Below the pieces are notes generated by a model. It made no database searches and had not been told where the DNA came from. It saw nothing but the letters and a program-made list of their open reading frames with translations. The position numbers and the translations under genes were made by a program. A DNA stretch of 63,958 nucleotides, filler included, from Stramenopiles sp. TOSAG23-2 (Eukaryota), in the NCBI GenBank assembly GCA_900128395.1. It is 4 parts of 4 records of this genome, joined end to end, with 100 filler letters (N's around TTAATTAATTAA, not from the genome) between each part and the next. Parts side by side here need not be neighbours in the genome. Positions count along the whole stretch, not along the records: positions 34,107 to 51,003 come from LT649662.1; 3 more parts are not named here. One strand, 5' to 3'. Numbering within the stretch: position 1 is the first letter of the stretch; each line of letters begins with the position of its first letter. Positions 37,347 to 47,099 of the stretch are shown here, in pieces.

Positions 37347-38357
37347 ATGGGAGATAATCCAGTACACACCTCGGATAGTAAATCATTATGGAATTACACT
37401 TTATCCCCAGGATGGACCGACAAAGAAATTGAAGTTTTCGTAGCTGCTATTAGTAAATATGGCGTTGGAAGATGGACAAAAATTACGAAGGAACGGATTT
37501 TACCAGGAAAAACGGTAGCGCAGATGTACAATCAATGCCAACGTTTGGTAGGGCAGCAATCCTTAGCAGAGTTTGAAGGGTTAAAACTGAATTTAAAAGC
37601 TGTCTTTGAGAAAAATGCAGCAATTCAAGGAAAAGGTATTGTACGTAAAAATAATTGTATTGTGAATCAAGGTGATAAACAAACACGTGAAATGGTATTG
37701 AAGAAAAAAGCTTACAATAAAGAAAATTTCGGTTTGACGCAAGAAGAAATCGATGCAATCGTAATACCAGAATTAAAACACGAGGATACCTCCAGTGTCT
37801 TCGTAAATAGTGCCTCGACCGGTTTAAATAGTAATCCTGGACAAAAAAGATTGGAAAAAATTCAACGTTTAAAAATGTTACAAAAAGAATTAAGTTTAAT
37901 TGAAACGCAAATTGCAAAAAAAGAAAAATTGGAAGCAGATCCAAATTACCAAAAAAAACAAAAGTTAAAGAAGGAAAAAGAACAACAAAGTAGGAAACTT
38001 TCGTTCCGCAAAGTAGGCCAAAAAATTGCAGCAGATTGTGGTTGGGGTGATTATTATCCTGGTCGTATAACAAAAGTGAATAATGATGGTACGGTGAATA
38101 TTACATTTAAAGATGGTGAAAAGGTAGAAAATGTACAAGAAAATCAAATTAAAAACCGAAGTAGCAATAGTTCGTCGTCCAATGGTGGCGTAAAACGTAA
38201 GGCGAACAAAACAAAAACTGATACAAAAAATAGCGATCCATTTGAAAAAGTGAAAAAGAAAAAAAGTAAAAAGCGAAATAGTAGAAAAGCAAGTGAAAAA
38301 ACGGATGAAGAGAAATCAATAGAACTTGCATTGAAATTGATGCAATCTGAATATTAA
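37347..38357 (+). CDS. Homolog of p1, the Myb/homeodomain-like subunit of the MTA1c (AMT1) DNA N6-adenine methyltransferase complex, with C-terminal Tudor-like domain and UIM-like motif
   Basis: SKSLWNYTLSPGW..GVGRW..LPGK..QRLVGQQSLAEF.GL..RKNNCIVN.GD closely matches ciliate p1 as I recall it; VGQKIAADCGWGDYYPGRITKVNNDGTVNITFKDGE is Tudor-like. Confidence 0.88.
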   Translation: MGDNPVHTSDSKSLWNYTLSPGWTDKEIEVFVAAISKYGVGRWTKITKERILPGKTVAQMYNQCQRLVGQQSLAEFEGLKLNLKAVFEKNAAIQGKGIVRKNNCIVNQGDKQTREMVLKKKAYNKENFGLTQEEIDAIVIPELKHEDTSSVFVNSASTGLNSNPGQKRLEKIQRLKMLQKELSLIETQIAKKEKLEADPNYQKKQKLKKEKEQQSRKLSFRKVGQKIAADCGWGDYYPGRITKVNNDGTVNITFKDGEKVENVQENQIKNRSSNSSSSNGGVKRKANKTKTDTKNSDPFEKVKKKKSKKRNSRKASEKTDEEKSIELALKLMQSEY

Positions 38358-38628
38358 TTTTTTTTTGTATTTTCGTATCTAGAAATAATATATGTGTGGT
38401 TTAGTCGGTGCTTACAGACAGCAAAATTGAGGTTCATAGAAAGAAAAGTGTGTGCATTGTGTATGTGTGTGTGTGTGGTCGTTTCAGAAGAAGAGGGAGT
38501 AGGCAAATGAGATATGTAATTAATATATATTATATTTAATATATTTATATAAATATTATAAAATATTTTTAATGATAATTTTACTTTTCGTGTGTGTGTA
38601 CTAAACGACGATGCCGTATTGTATCTCT

Positions 38629-39948
38629 CTACACATCAACATCTTTTGGTGAAAAACTACGAACAAATAAATCACTACAACAATTGCATTGATTCATATA
38701 TTGAGTAAAACGATATTTTACTTTTCCACCTAATTTGAAAAATAAATCTGGAATTGAAACGGTACGTTTAACAATTCTTGATTGTCGATCTTGATATTTT
38801 GTTGGTATTGGTATTTGTATCCATGATTTACCATGATTAATTGATAGTTCAAATGTTATTTTCCATTCCTTCTCCCATACATTATCGATTTTATTTGATG
38901 CATCATTAATTGCATTTATAATTTTCTTTCGTTTTAATGACGTCGTTGTTGTTTGTAGATTCTTCTTCTTATTATTATTATTATTATTTTCCTTGCTACT
39001 CGTAGTTTTTCTTAAACTTTTTAAGTATTTATCAGGTGTTGCAATAATTGGATCAACCATATTACGTACACGTGATTGATTGACATATTTTGCTGCACCA
39101 AATTTATCTAATTTAACATTATTTGATCGCAATTTTTTAGGTGAGTAGGAACACATACAGTTATCAATTTTTTTCAACTTGTTGTTTTGATTACTGGCGG
39201 CACTTGAACCACAACATGATAAATCTTCACATACTAACATTGATGCACCAGTTTTTGGTCCATATGTACTATAGATATCCATCGCACGTTGTTTAATGCT
39301 TTCTTCTTGTTCAATAATTTTCTTTGTTACCTTATTGCATATTTTTCCAAATATTGGTTCTATATTGCCACAACCACCTTGTACATTATTTGTACTTATT
39401 TTAGACGATACTGCATTTAAACATATATCACAAATTATCCCACGTGGCGCACAAATACTATCATTTGGATTCATTTCAATTTCAATCAATGATGATTTCT
39501 TTTCATCTGTTTTTTCTTGTAATAATGGTTTTTCCGGTAATAGACCAATAGATTCAGGACGTTCTGCTTCTATAGCCCCTTTCTGATATGCGGTCATTTT
39601 TGCAAAATCTGGATGAATACATCTTTGCATGTTTTCACTACTACCTAATACATATTCTATTTGTACATATTTGCTAATATCTAACTCTTCCATCGATACA
39701 TATTGTAACGTACCATTTGCTTCATCGGTAATTACATCAAATCCAACTTTGAATGTAGATGGTACTCTATTAATTTTCCATGGATCATCAGGCCAATAAA
39801 ATAAATCTTTTTTATGTTTATCACGATATCGTGAAAAATGTTCATGTGGTGGTATCTGTTTCTTTATTTTTATTGCAGGAACAAATGTTATTATTATTAA
39901 TAATAATAATAATATTGATTTTATTATTAATAATAATAATCTATTCAT
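38629..39948 (-). CDS. Secreted protein with saposin-B-like domain and C-terminal Asp-box/reelin-like segment
   Basis: Signal peptide MNRLLLLIIKSILLLLLIIITFVPA; ICDIC..GGC..KICNKV..VCEDLSCC six-Cys pattern; LSINHGKSW. Confidence 0.65.
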   Translation of the reverse strand: MNRLLLLIIKSILLLLLIIITFVPAIKIKKQIPPHEHFSRYRDKHKKDLFYWPDDPWKINRVPSTFKVGFDVITDEANGTLQYVSMEELDISKYVQIEYVLGSSENMQRCIHPDFAKMTAYQKGAIEAERPESIGLLPEKPLLQEKTDEKKSSLIEIEMNPNDSICAPRGIICDICLNAVSSKISTNNVQGGCGNIEPIFGKICNKVTKKIIEQEESIKQRAMDIYSTYGPKTGASMLVCEDLSCCGSSAASNQNNKLKKIDNCMCSYSPKKLRSNNVKLDKFGAAKYVNQSRVRNMVDPIIATPDKYLKSLRKTTSSKENNNNNNKKKNLQTTTTSLKRKKIINAINDASNKIDNVWEKEWKITFELSINHGKSWIQIPIPTKYQDRQSRIVKRTVSIPDLFFKLGGKVKYRFTQYMNQCNCCSDLFVRSFSPKDVDV

Positions 39949-40390
39949 TGGTAGTAAATATTGACGATGACAATGGGATATATTACCGTATATATACACA
40001 CACACACACACACACCAATCGTCTTAAACTATTGTTTCAACTGGTTACTTCTTCAAAAAAAGAAGATGAATATATATCTCTATTACACACATCGACACAC
40101 ACACGCATGCACACACATCTATATATCACCTCTTTTTCCTCACATTTTTTTTTAATCCCATCTTTTCTTCGCACCTTCACTTTTCTCATAATCTAAATTT
40201 ATAATTTAGCAGGTCCGTACCAGGTTACCAGTAAGGTACTACCACTGTTTTAATAAATTATTGGGCACAACAAATAATAAATAACAAATAAAATAATAAA
40301 TAAATATCTTTTTGGTGTTGTGGATATAATAATTATATCAGACAGGTAGAAAGAAAGAAAGAACCCAACAAAGTATACATATATACATAC

Positions 40391-40423
<33 letters not shown>

Positions 40424-40469
40424 TACGAAGCACAGACAAAAACAATAATAATTAACCAATTTTAACAAC

Positions 40470-41279
40470 ATGGCGTCAATGTCATTTAAAGAAAAAATGG
40501 CAATGTTTAATAAAAAAAGCAGTCCAAGTCAAACGAACATTGTGAAAAAAAAATCATCACCAAAATTAGCAAGAAGACTGAGTCAACTAGGAAAAAAATT
40601 ACCTGTGGATGATAAAAAAAAAGATGGTGGGGCAAATAGACCAGCGCCACAACGTGTCATGCCAAAGCGTTTACCACAACCTATACGTGTCAAGCCTCCA
40701 GTGAAAGAAGGTAGAGCTCGTGCAAATCCTGTTATGACGAGAACACAATCTATGCCTGCAGTGGTGAAAATGAAAGTAACGCAGCCAAATAGTAATAATG
40801 ATGGTGATAATAATAATAATAATAATAATAATGATAATAGTGTAAATACAATCAAAGGGGAAGAAGAAGGAGACAAAGGGAACAAGAAAAAGGTCGAAGC
40901 AGACATTAAGAAAATAGAAAAAACAACACCACCGTTGACAAAAAAGAAATCTCATGGCCGTGTAAAAAGTGGTGGTAGTGTTATAGCAGCTTTACAAAAT
41001 AAATTAAAATTATCAAGTCCGAGTGGACAATTTTCACCAACACCATTATCACCATTTGGTGGAGGTGGTTTAAAATCAACACATTCCATGTCACGTATGA
41101 AATCAAATACGGTAACTGAAAAAGTTAATAATGATAATAGTCTATTAATTAAATCAGATTCATTTAGGCATACAGCAAGTGATAAGCATAAAAATATTGG
41201 TGAAATCAAACATGAAAAGCGTATTGTTCTTAAAAAAAAAAGAAGACCACGAACCAAAATGAAAAAAATTAATTTTTAA
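40470..41279 (+). CDS. Basic, low-complexity protein with CapZIP/FAM21-like motifs
   Basis: ATG-started 269-aa ORF; SFKEKMAMFN, VIAALQNKLKL and C-terminal IKHEKRIVLKKKRRPRT. Confidence 0.55.
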   Translation: MASMSFKEKMAMFNKKSSPSQTNIVKKKSSPKLARRLSQLGKKLPVDDKKKDGGANRPAPQRVMPKRLPQPIRVKPPVKEGRARANPVMTRTQSMPAVVKMKVTQPNSNNDGDNNNNNNNNDNSVNTIKGEEEGDKGNKKKVEADIKKIEKTTPPLTKKKSHGRVKSGGSVIAALQNKLKLSSPSGQFSPTPLSPFGGGGLKSTHSMSRMKSNTVTEKVNNDNSLLIKSDSFRHTASDKHKNIGEIKHEKRIVLKKKRRPRTKMKKINF

Positions 41280-41430
41280 ATTTGTTGCGCGGAAGAATAA
41301 AATAAAAAAATATAAAATTTTACAGGGGCTAGTTGAAGAGGATATTCTTTTGTGTGTGTACGTATAATCATTATAATTAATATTATTAATTTTGGATACT
41401 CGCGTGTGTGTGGTGTGGATTATTATGATA

Positions 41431-41684
41431 TCACAAATTACTGCTCGTACATAAATTATTATTATTATTTTGTTTTACTACATATTTCTTTTTCAATCTA
41501 AATTTTGCTAATGATGGACTACCAAATGCAACTAAATCATAAAATTTTAAAATATCTTGATAATTTTTTTTATACAGTCTTGCTGCACTAAAATCATGTA
41601 CAAAAATATCAGTAAATTGATCAATATATGGAATTATCGCTTCAGCAATTTTTGGTCTTTCACCTCCATCAATTAATACAATGT
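41431..41684 (-). pseudogene. Terminal exon of a class I SAM methyltransferase-like gene, upstream exons not found
   Basis: DIVLIDGG..IFVHDF after a TAG acceptor; the duplication boundary lies ~35 bp upstream. Confidence 0.55.
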
Positions 41685-41718
41685 CTATTAATTTAAATAA
41701 AATATAAAATGTATAATA

Positions 41719-42361
41719 CATACAAGGTGCATCAAGGGAAATTAATGGCATTGAACAATTGGGTAAATAGCTGTGACTTGTATGGATTATATTTCAGTGA
41801 TGAAAATGGTTCCAAAGTGTCATTAGTTTTAGAATTGTGTGAAGCCACAGTTGCTAATTGTGTCCAACACTTACTATTAAAATGTCATAGTAACCACATA
41901 CAGAAAACATGGACCATGGAAGTGATGCTTTCCATTGCTACAAAATGCTATAAAAGAGTTGAATACTACCTATCACATTGGGCACATGGATTTAATAGCC
42001 AACAACATCATGTTAAAAATGAGTAAAAGGCCTCTGTGGCACATTTGCTTGAGCAAGCTTGTGCTGCATGATCCAAAGAAAACATATTGTCCATATATTT
42101 GCAAGCATTTCAAACTAATACTATATGTTGTTGGTATGGAATGGGATTTGCATTATAATTACATGTAAATGGAATGGATATGCAATTGTATAAATACACA
42201 AATTATGTTTATACTTATTAGAATACCATTTTGTTTCTATATCTATCTGGCCGATCTCCGTGTTTAAAAACTAAAACCTGGGTGTAAAGGTTTCTATTAT
42301 TGTATAGTTGCTATTATTTATATATCTATAATAATAATAATAACTGTAAAAAACACAAATC
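41719..42361. mobile_element. Degenerate CpG-free repeat relic
   Basis: No CG seen in 41720-42250; right end shares blocks with 48209-48353. Confidence 0.45.
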
Positions 42362-42508
42362 TATATAAATGATAATAAACATCATAGAAAAGATACAAAT
42401 AGATGAGAAGAAGAAATATAGAACTATCAAGCATCGTTTAATAAATATATTCAACAATAATTAAATAATAACAAAAAATAAAGGAAAAATAAGAATTACA
42501 ATACAACA

Positions 42509-43519
42509 ATGGGAGATAATCCAGTACACACCTCGGATAGTAAATCATTATGGAATTACACTTTATCCCCAGGATGGACCGACAAAGAAATTGAAGTTTT
42601 CGTAGCTGCTATTAGTAAATATGGCGTTGGAAGATGGACAAAAATTACGAAGGAACGGATTTTACCAGGAAAAACGGTAGCGCAGATGTACAATCAATGC
42701 CAACGTTTGGTAGGGCAGCAATCCTTAGCAGAGTTTGAAGGGTTAAAACTGAATTTAAAAGCTGTCTTTGAGAAAAATGCAGCAATTCAAGGAAAAGGTA
42801 TTGTACGTAAAAATAATTGTATTGTGAATCAAGGTGATAAACAAACACGTGAAATGGTATTGAAGAAAAAAGCTTACAATAAAGAAAATTTCGGTTTGAC
42901 GCAAGAAGAAATCGATGCAATCGTAATACCAGAATTAAAACACGAGGATACCTCCAGTGTCTTCGTAAATAGTGCCTCGACCGGTTTAAATAGTAATCCT
43001 GGACAAAAAAGATTGGAAAAAATTCAACGTTTAAAAATGTTACAAAAAGAATTAAGTTTAATTGAAACGCAAATTGCAAAAAAAGAAAAATTGGAAGCAG
43101 ATCCAAATTACCAAAAAAAACAAAAGTTAAAGAAGGAAAAAGAACAACAAAGTAGGAAACTTTCGTTCCGCAAAGTAGGCCAAAAAATTGCAGCAGATTG
43201 TGGTTGGGGTGATTATTATCCTGGTCGTATAACAAAAGTGAATAATGATGGTACGGTGAATATTACATTTAAAGATGGTGAAAAGGTAGAAAATGTACAA
43301 GAAAATCAAATTAAAAACCGAAGTAGCAATAGTTCGTCGTCCAATGGTGGCGTAAAACGTAAGGCGAACAAAACAAAAACTGATACAAAAAATAGCGATC
43401 CATTTGAAAAAGTGAAAAAGAAAAAAAGTAAAAAGCGAAATAGTAGAAAAGCAAGTGAAAAAACGGATGAAGAGAAATCAATAGAACTTGCATTGAAATT
43501 GATGCAATCTGAATATTAA
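42509..43519 (+). CDS. Second identical copy of the p1-Tudor gene
   Basis: Protein identical to 37347-38357. Confidence 0.85.
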   Translation: MGDNPVHTSDSKSLWNYTLSPGWTDKEIEVFVAAISKYGVGRWTKITKERILPGKTVAQMYNQCQRLVGQQSLAEFEGLKLNLKAVFEKNAAIQGKGIVRKNNCIVNQGDKQTREMVLKKKAYNKENFGLTQEEIDAIVIPELKHEDTSSVFVNSASTGLNSNPGQKRLEKIQRLKMLQKELSLIETQIAKKEKLEADPNYQKKQKLKKEKEQQSRKLSFRKVGQKIAADCGWGDYYPGRITKVNNDGTVNITFKDGEKVENVQENQIKNRSSNSSSSNGGVKRKANKTKTDTKNSDPFEKVKKKKSKKRNSRKASEKTDEEKSIELALKLMQSEY

Positions 43520-43790
43520 TTTTTTTTTGTATTTTCGTATCTAGAAATAATATATGTGTGGTTTAGTCGGTGCTTACAGACAGCAAAATTGAGGTTCATA
43601 GAAAGAAAAGTGTGTGCATTGTGTATGTGTGTGTGTGTGGTCGTTTCAGAAGAAGAGGGAGTAGGCAAATGAGATATGTAATTAATATATATTATATTTA
43701 ATATATTTATATAAATATTATAAAATATTTTTAATGATAATTTTACTTTTCGTGTGTGTGTACTAAACGACGATGCCGTATTGTATCTCT

Positions 43791-45110
43791 CTACACATCA
43801 ACATCTTTTGGTGAAAAACTACGAACAAATAAATCACTACAACAATTGCATTGATTCATATATTGAGTAAAACGATATTTTACTTTTCCACCTAATTTGA
43901 AAAATAAATCTGGAATTGAAACGGTACGTTTAACAATTCTTGATTGTCGATCTTGATATTTTGTTGGTATTGGTATTTGTATCCATGATTTACCATGATT
44001 AATTGATAGTTCAAATGTTATTTTCCATTCCTTCTCCCATACATTATCGATTTTATTTGATGCATCATTAATTGCATTTATAATTTTCTTTCGTTTTAAT
44101 GACGTCGTTGTTGTTTGTAGATTCTTCTTCTTATTATTATTATTATTATTTTCCTTGCTACTCGTAGTTTTTCTTAAACTTTTTAAGTATTTATCAGGTG
44201 TTGCAATAATTGGATCAACCATATTACGTACACGTGATTGATTGACATATTTTGCTGCACCAAATTTATCTAATTTAACATTATTTGATCGCAATTTTTT
44301 AGGTGAGTAGGAACACATACAGTTATCAATTTTTTTCAACTTGTTGTTTTGATTACTGGCGGCACTTGAACCACAACATGATAAATCTTCACATACTAAC
44401 ATTGATGCACCAGTTTTTGGTCCATATGTACTATAGATATCCATCGCACGTTGTTTAATGCTTTCTTCTTGTTCAATAATTTTCTTTGTTACCTTATTGC
44501 ATATTTTTCCAAATATTGGTTCTATATTGCCACAACCACCTTGTACATTATTTGTACTTATTTTAGACGATACTGCATTTAAACATATATCACAAATTAT
44601 CCCACGTGGCGCACAAATACTATCATTTGGATTCATTTCAATTTCAATCAATGATGATTTCTTTTCATCTGTTTTTTCTTGTAATAATGGTTTTTCCGGT
44701 AATAGACCAATAGATTCAGGACGTTCTGCTTCTATAGCCCCTTTCTGATATGCGGTCATTTTTGCAAAATCTGGATGAATACATCTTTGCATGTTTTCAC
44801 TACTACCTAATACATATTCTATTTGTACATATTTGCTAATATCTAACTCTTCCATCGATACATATTGTAACGTACCATTTGCTTCATCGGTAATTACATC
44901 AAATCCAACTTTGAATGTAGATGGTACTCTATTAATTTTCCATGGATCATCAGGCCAATAAAATAAATCTTTTTTATGTTTATCACGATATCGTGAAAAA
45001 TGTTCATGTGGTGGTATCTGTTTCTTTATTTTTATTGCAGGAACAAATGTTATTATTATTAATAATAATAATAATATTGATTTTATTATTAATAATAATA
45101 ATCTATTCAT
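43791..45110 (-). CDS. Second identical copy of the saposin-like secreted protein
   Basis: Protein identical to 38629-39948. Confidence 0.65.
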   Translation of the reverse strand: MNRLLLLIIKSILLLLLIIITFVPAIKIKKQIPPHEHFSRYRDKHKKDLFYWPDDPWKINRVPSTFKVGFDVITDEANGTLQYVSMEELDISKYVQIEYVLGSSENMQRCIHPDFAKMTAYQKGAIEAERPESIGLLPEKPLLQEKTDEKKSSLIEIEMNPNDSICAPRGIICDICLNAVSSKISTNNVQGGCGNIEPIFGKICNKVTKKIIEQEESIKQRAMDIYSTYGPKTGASMLVCEDLSCCGSSAASNQNNKLKKIDNCMCSYSPKKLRSNNVKLDKFGAAKYVNQSRVRNMVDPIIATPDKYLKSLRKTTSSKENNNNNNKKKNLQTTTTSLKRKKIINAINDASNKIDNVWEKEWKITFELSINHGKSWIQIPIPTKYQDRQSRIVKRTVSIPDLFFKLGGKVKYRFTQYMNQCNCCSDLFVRSFSPKDVDV

Positions 45111-45552
45111 TGGTAGTAAATATTGACGATGACAATGGGATATATTACCGTATATATACACACACACACACACACACCAATCGTCTTAAACTATTGTTTC
45201 AACTGGTTACTTCTTCAAAAAAAGAAGATGAATATATATCTCTATTACACACATCGACACACACACGCATGCACACACATCTATATATCACCTCTTTTTC
45301 CTCACATTTTTTTTTAATCCCATCTTTTCTTCGCACCTTCACTTTTCTCATAATCTAAATTTATAATTTAGCAGGTCCGTACCAGGTTACCAGTAAGGTA
45401 CTACCACTGTTTTAATAAATTATTGGGCACAACAAATAATAAATAACAAATAAAATAATAAATAAATATCTTTTTGGTGTTGTGGATATAATAATTATAT
45501 CAGACAGGTAGAAAGAAAGAAAGAACCCAACAAAGTATACATATATACATAC

Positions 45553-45585
<33 letters not shown>

Positions 45586-45631
45586 TACGAAGCACAGACA
45601 AAAACAATAATAATTAACCAATTTTAACAAC

Positions 45632-46441
45632 ATGGCGTCAATGTCATTTAAAGAAAAAATGGCAATGTTTAATAAAAAAAGCAGTCCAAGTCAAACGAAC
45701 ATTGTGAAAAAAAAATCATCACCAAAATTAGCAAGAAGACTGAGTCAACTAGGAAAAAAATTACCTGTGGATGATAAAAAAAAAGATGGTGGGGCAAATA
45801 GACCAGCGCCACAACGTGTCATGCCAAAGCGTTTACCACAACCTATACGTGTCAAGCCTCCAGTGAAAGAAGGTAGAGCTCGTGCAAATCCTGTTATGAC
45901 GAGAACACAATCTATGCCTGCAGTGGTGAAAATGAAAGTAACGCAGCCAAATAGTAATAATGATGGTGATAATAATAATAATAATAATAATAATGATAAT
46001 AGTGTAAATACAATCAAAGGGGAAGAAGAAGGAGACAAAGGGAACAAGAAAAAGGTCGAAGCAGACATTAAGAAAATAGAAAAAACAACACCACCGTTGA
46101 CAAAAAAGAAATCTCATGGCCGTGTAAAAAGTGGTGGTAGTGTTATAGCAGCTTTACAAAATAAATTAAAATTATCAAGTCCGAGTGGACAATTTTCACC
46201 AACACCATTATCACCATTTGGTGGAGGTGGTTTAAAATCAACACATTCCATGTCACGTATGAAATCAAATACGGTAACTGAAAAAGTTAATAATGATAAT
46301 AGTCTATTAATTAAATCAGATTCATTTAGGCATACAGCAAGTGATAAGCATAAAAATATTGGTGAAATCAAACATGAAAAGCGTATTGTTCTTAAAAAAA
46401 AAAGAAGACCACGAACCAAAATGAAAAAAATTAATTTTTAA
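45632..46441 (+). CDS. Second identical copy of the basic low-complexity protein
   Basis: Protein identical to 40470-41279. Confidence 0.55.
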   Translation: MASMSFKEKMAMFNKKSSPSQTNIVKKKSSPKLARRLSQLGKKLPVDDKKKDGGANRPAPQRVMPKRLPQPIRVKPPVKEGRARANPVMTRTQSMPAVVKMKVTQPNSNNDGDNNNNNNNNDNSVNTIKGEEEGDKGNKKKVEADIKKIEKTTPPLTKKKSHGRVKSGGSVIAALQNKLKLSSPSGQFSPTPLSPFGGGGLKSTHSMSRMKSNTVTEKVNNDNSLLIKSDSFRHTASDKHKNIGEIKHEKRIVLKKKRRPRTKMKKINF

Positions 46442-46592
46442 ATTTGTTGCGCGGAAGAATAAAATAAAAAAATATAAAATTTTACAGGGGCTAGTTGAAG
46501 AGGATATTCTTTTGTGTGTGTACGTATAATCATTATAATTAATATTATTAATTTTGGATACTCGCGTGTGTGTGGTGTGGATTATTATGATA

Positions 46593-46846
46593 TCACAAAT
46601 TACTGCTCGTACATAAATTATTATTATTATTTTGTTTTACTACATATTTCTTTTTCAATCTAAATTTTGCTAATGATGGACTACCAAATGCAACTAAATC
46701 ATAAAATTTTAAAATATCTTGATAATTTTTTTTATACAGTCTTGCTGCACTAAAATCATGTACAAAAATATCAGTAAATTGATCAATATATGGAATTATC
46801 GCTTCAGCAATTTTTGGTCTTTCACCGCCATCAATTAATACAATGT
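46593..46846 (-). CDS. Methyltransferase-like terminal exon, second copy (upstream exons not identified)
   Basis: Same DIVLIDGG..VHDF exon, preceded by AT-rich intron-like DNA. Confidence 0.45.
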
Positions 46847-47099
46847 CTATTAATTTAAATAAAATATAAAATGTATAATATTACGTAATGAAATATAATA
46901 TACGTATATTATAAATATTATATCACATATATATTTGTTCTTGTTAGTCATTATTTTTATTAAAATATAAAAAATTTCAAATCATACGATTTGATTAGCT
47001 GACACATCTCATATATCGATATACTATTCATCACTAAAACATGTGTGGATATATATTAATATACGTGTTAATATATATTTGTGTGCACACATCTGATCC

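Larger units (their letters stand above)
37094..46880. repeat. Near-identical 4.5-kb direct duplication (offset 5162 bp) with a ~650-bp non-duplicated spacer
   Basis: 37205-41718 matches 42367-46880; three identical predicted proteins; only one mismatch noticed by eye (41665 T vs 46827 G). Confidence 0.95.

Noticed and set aside
41431..41684. Methyltransferase exon as the catalytic MTA1 partner of neighbouring p1
   Set aside because: No DPPW/MT-A70 motif; DIVLIDG..HDF fits a small-molecule/glycan class I methyltransferase.
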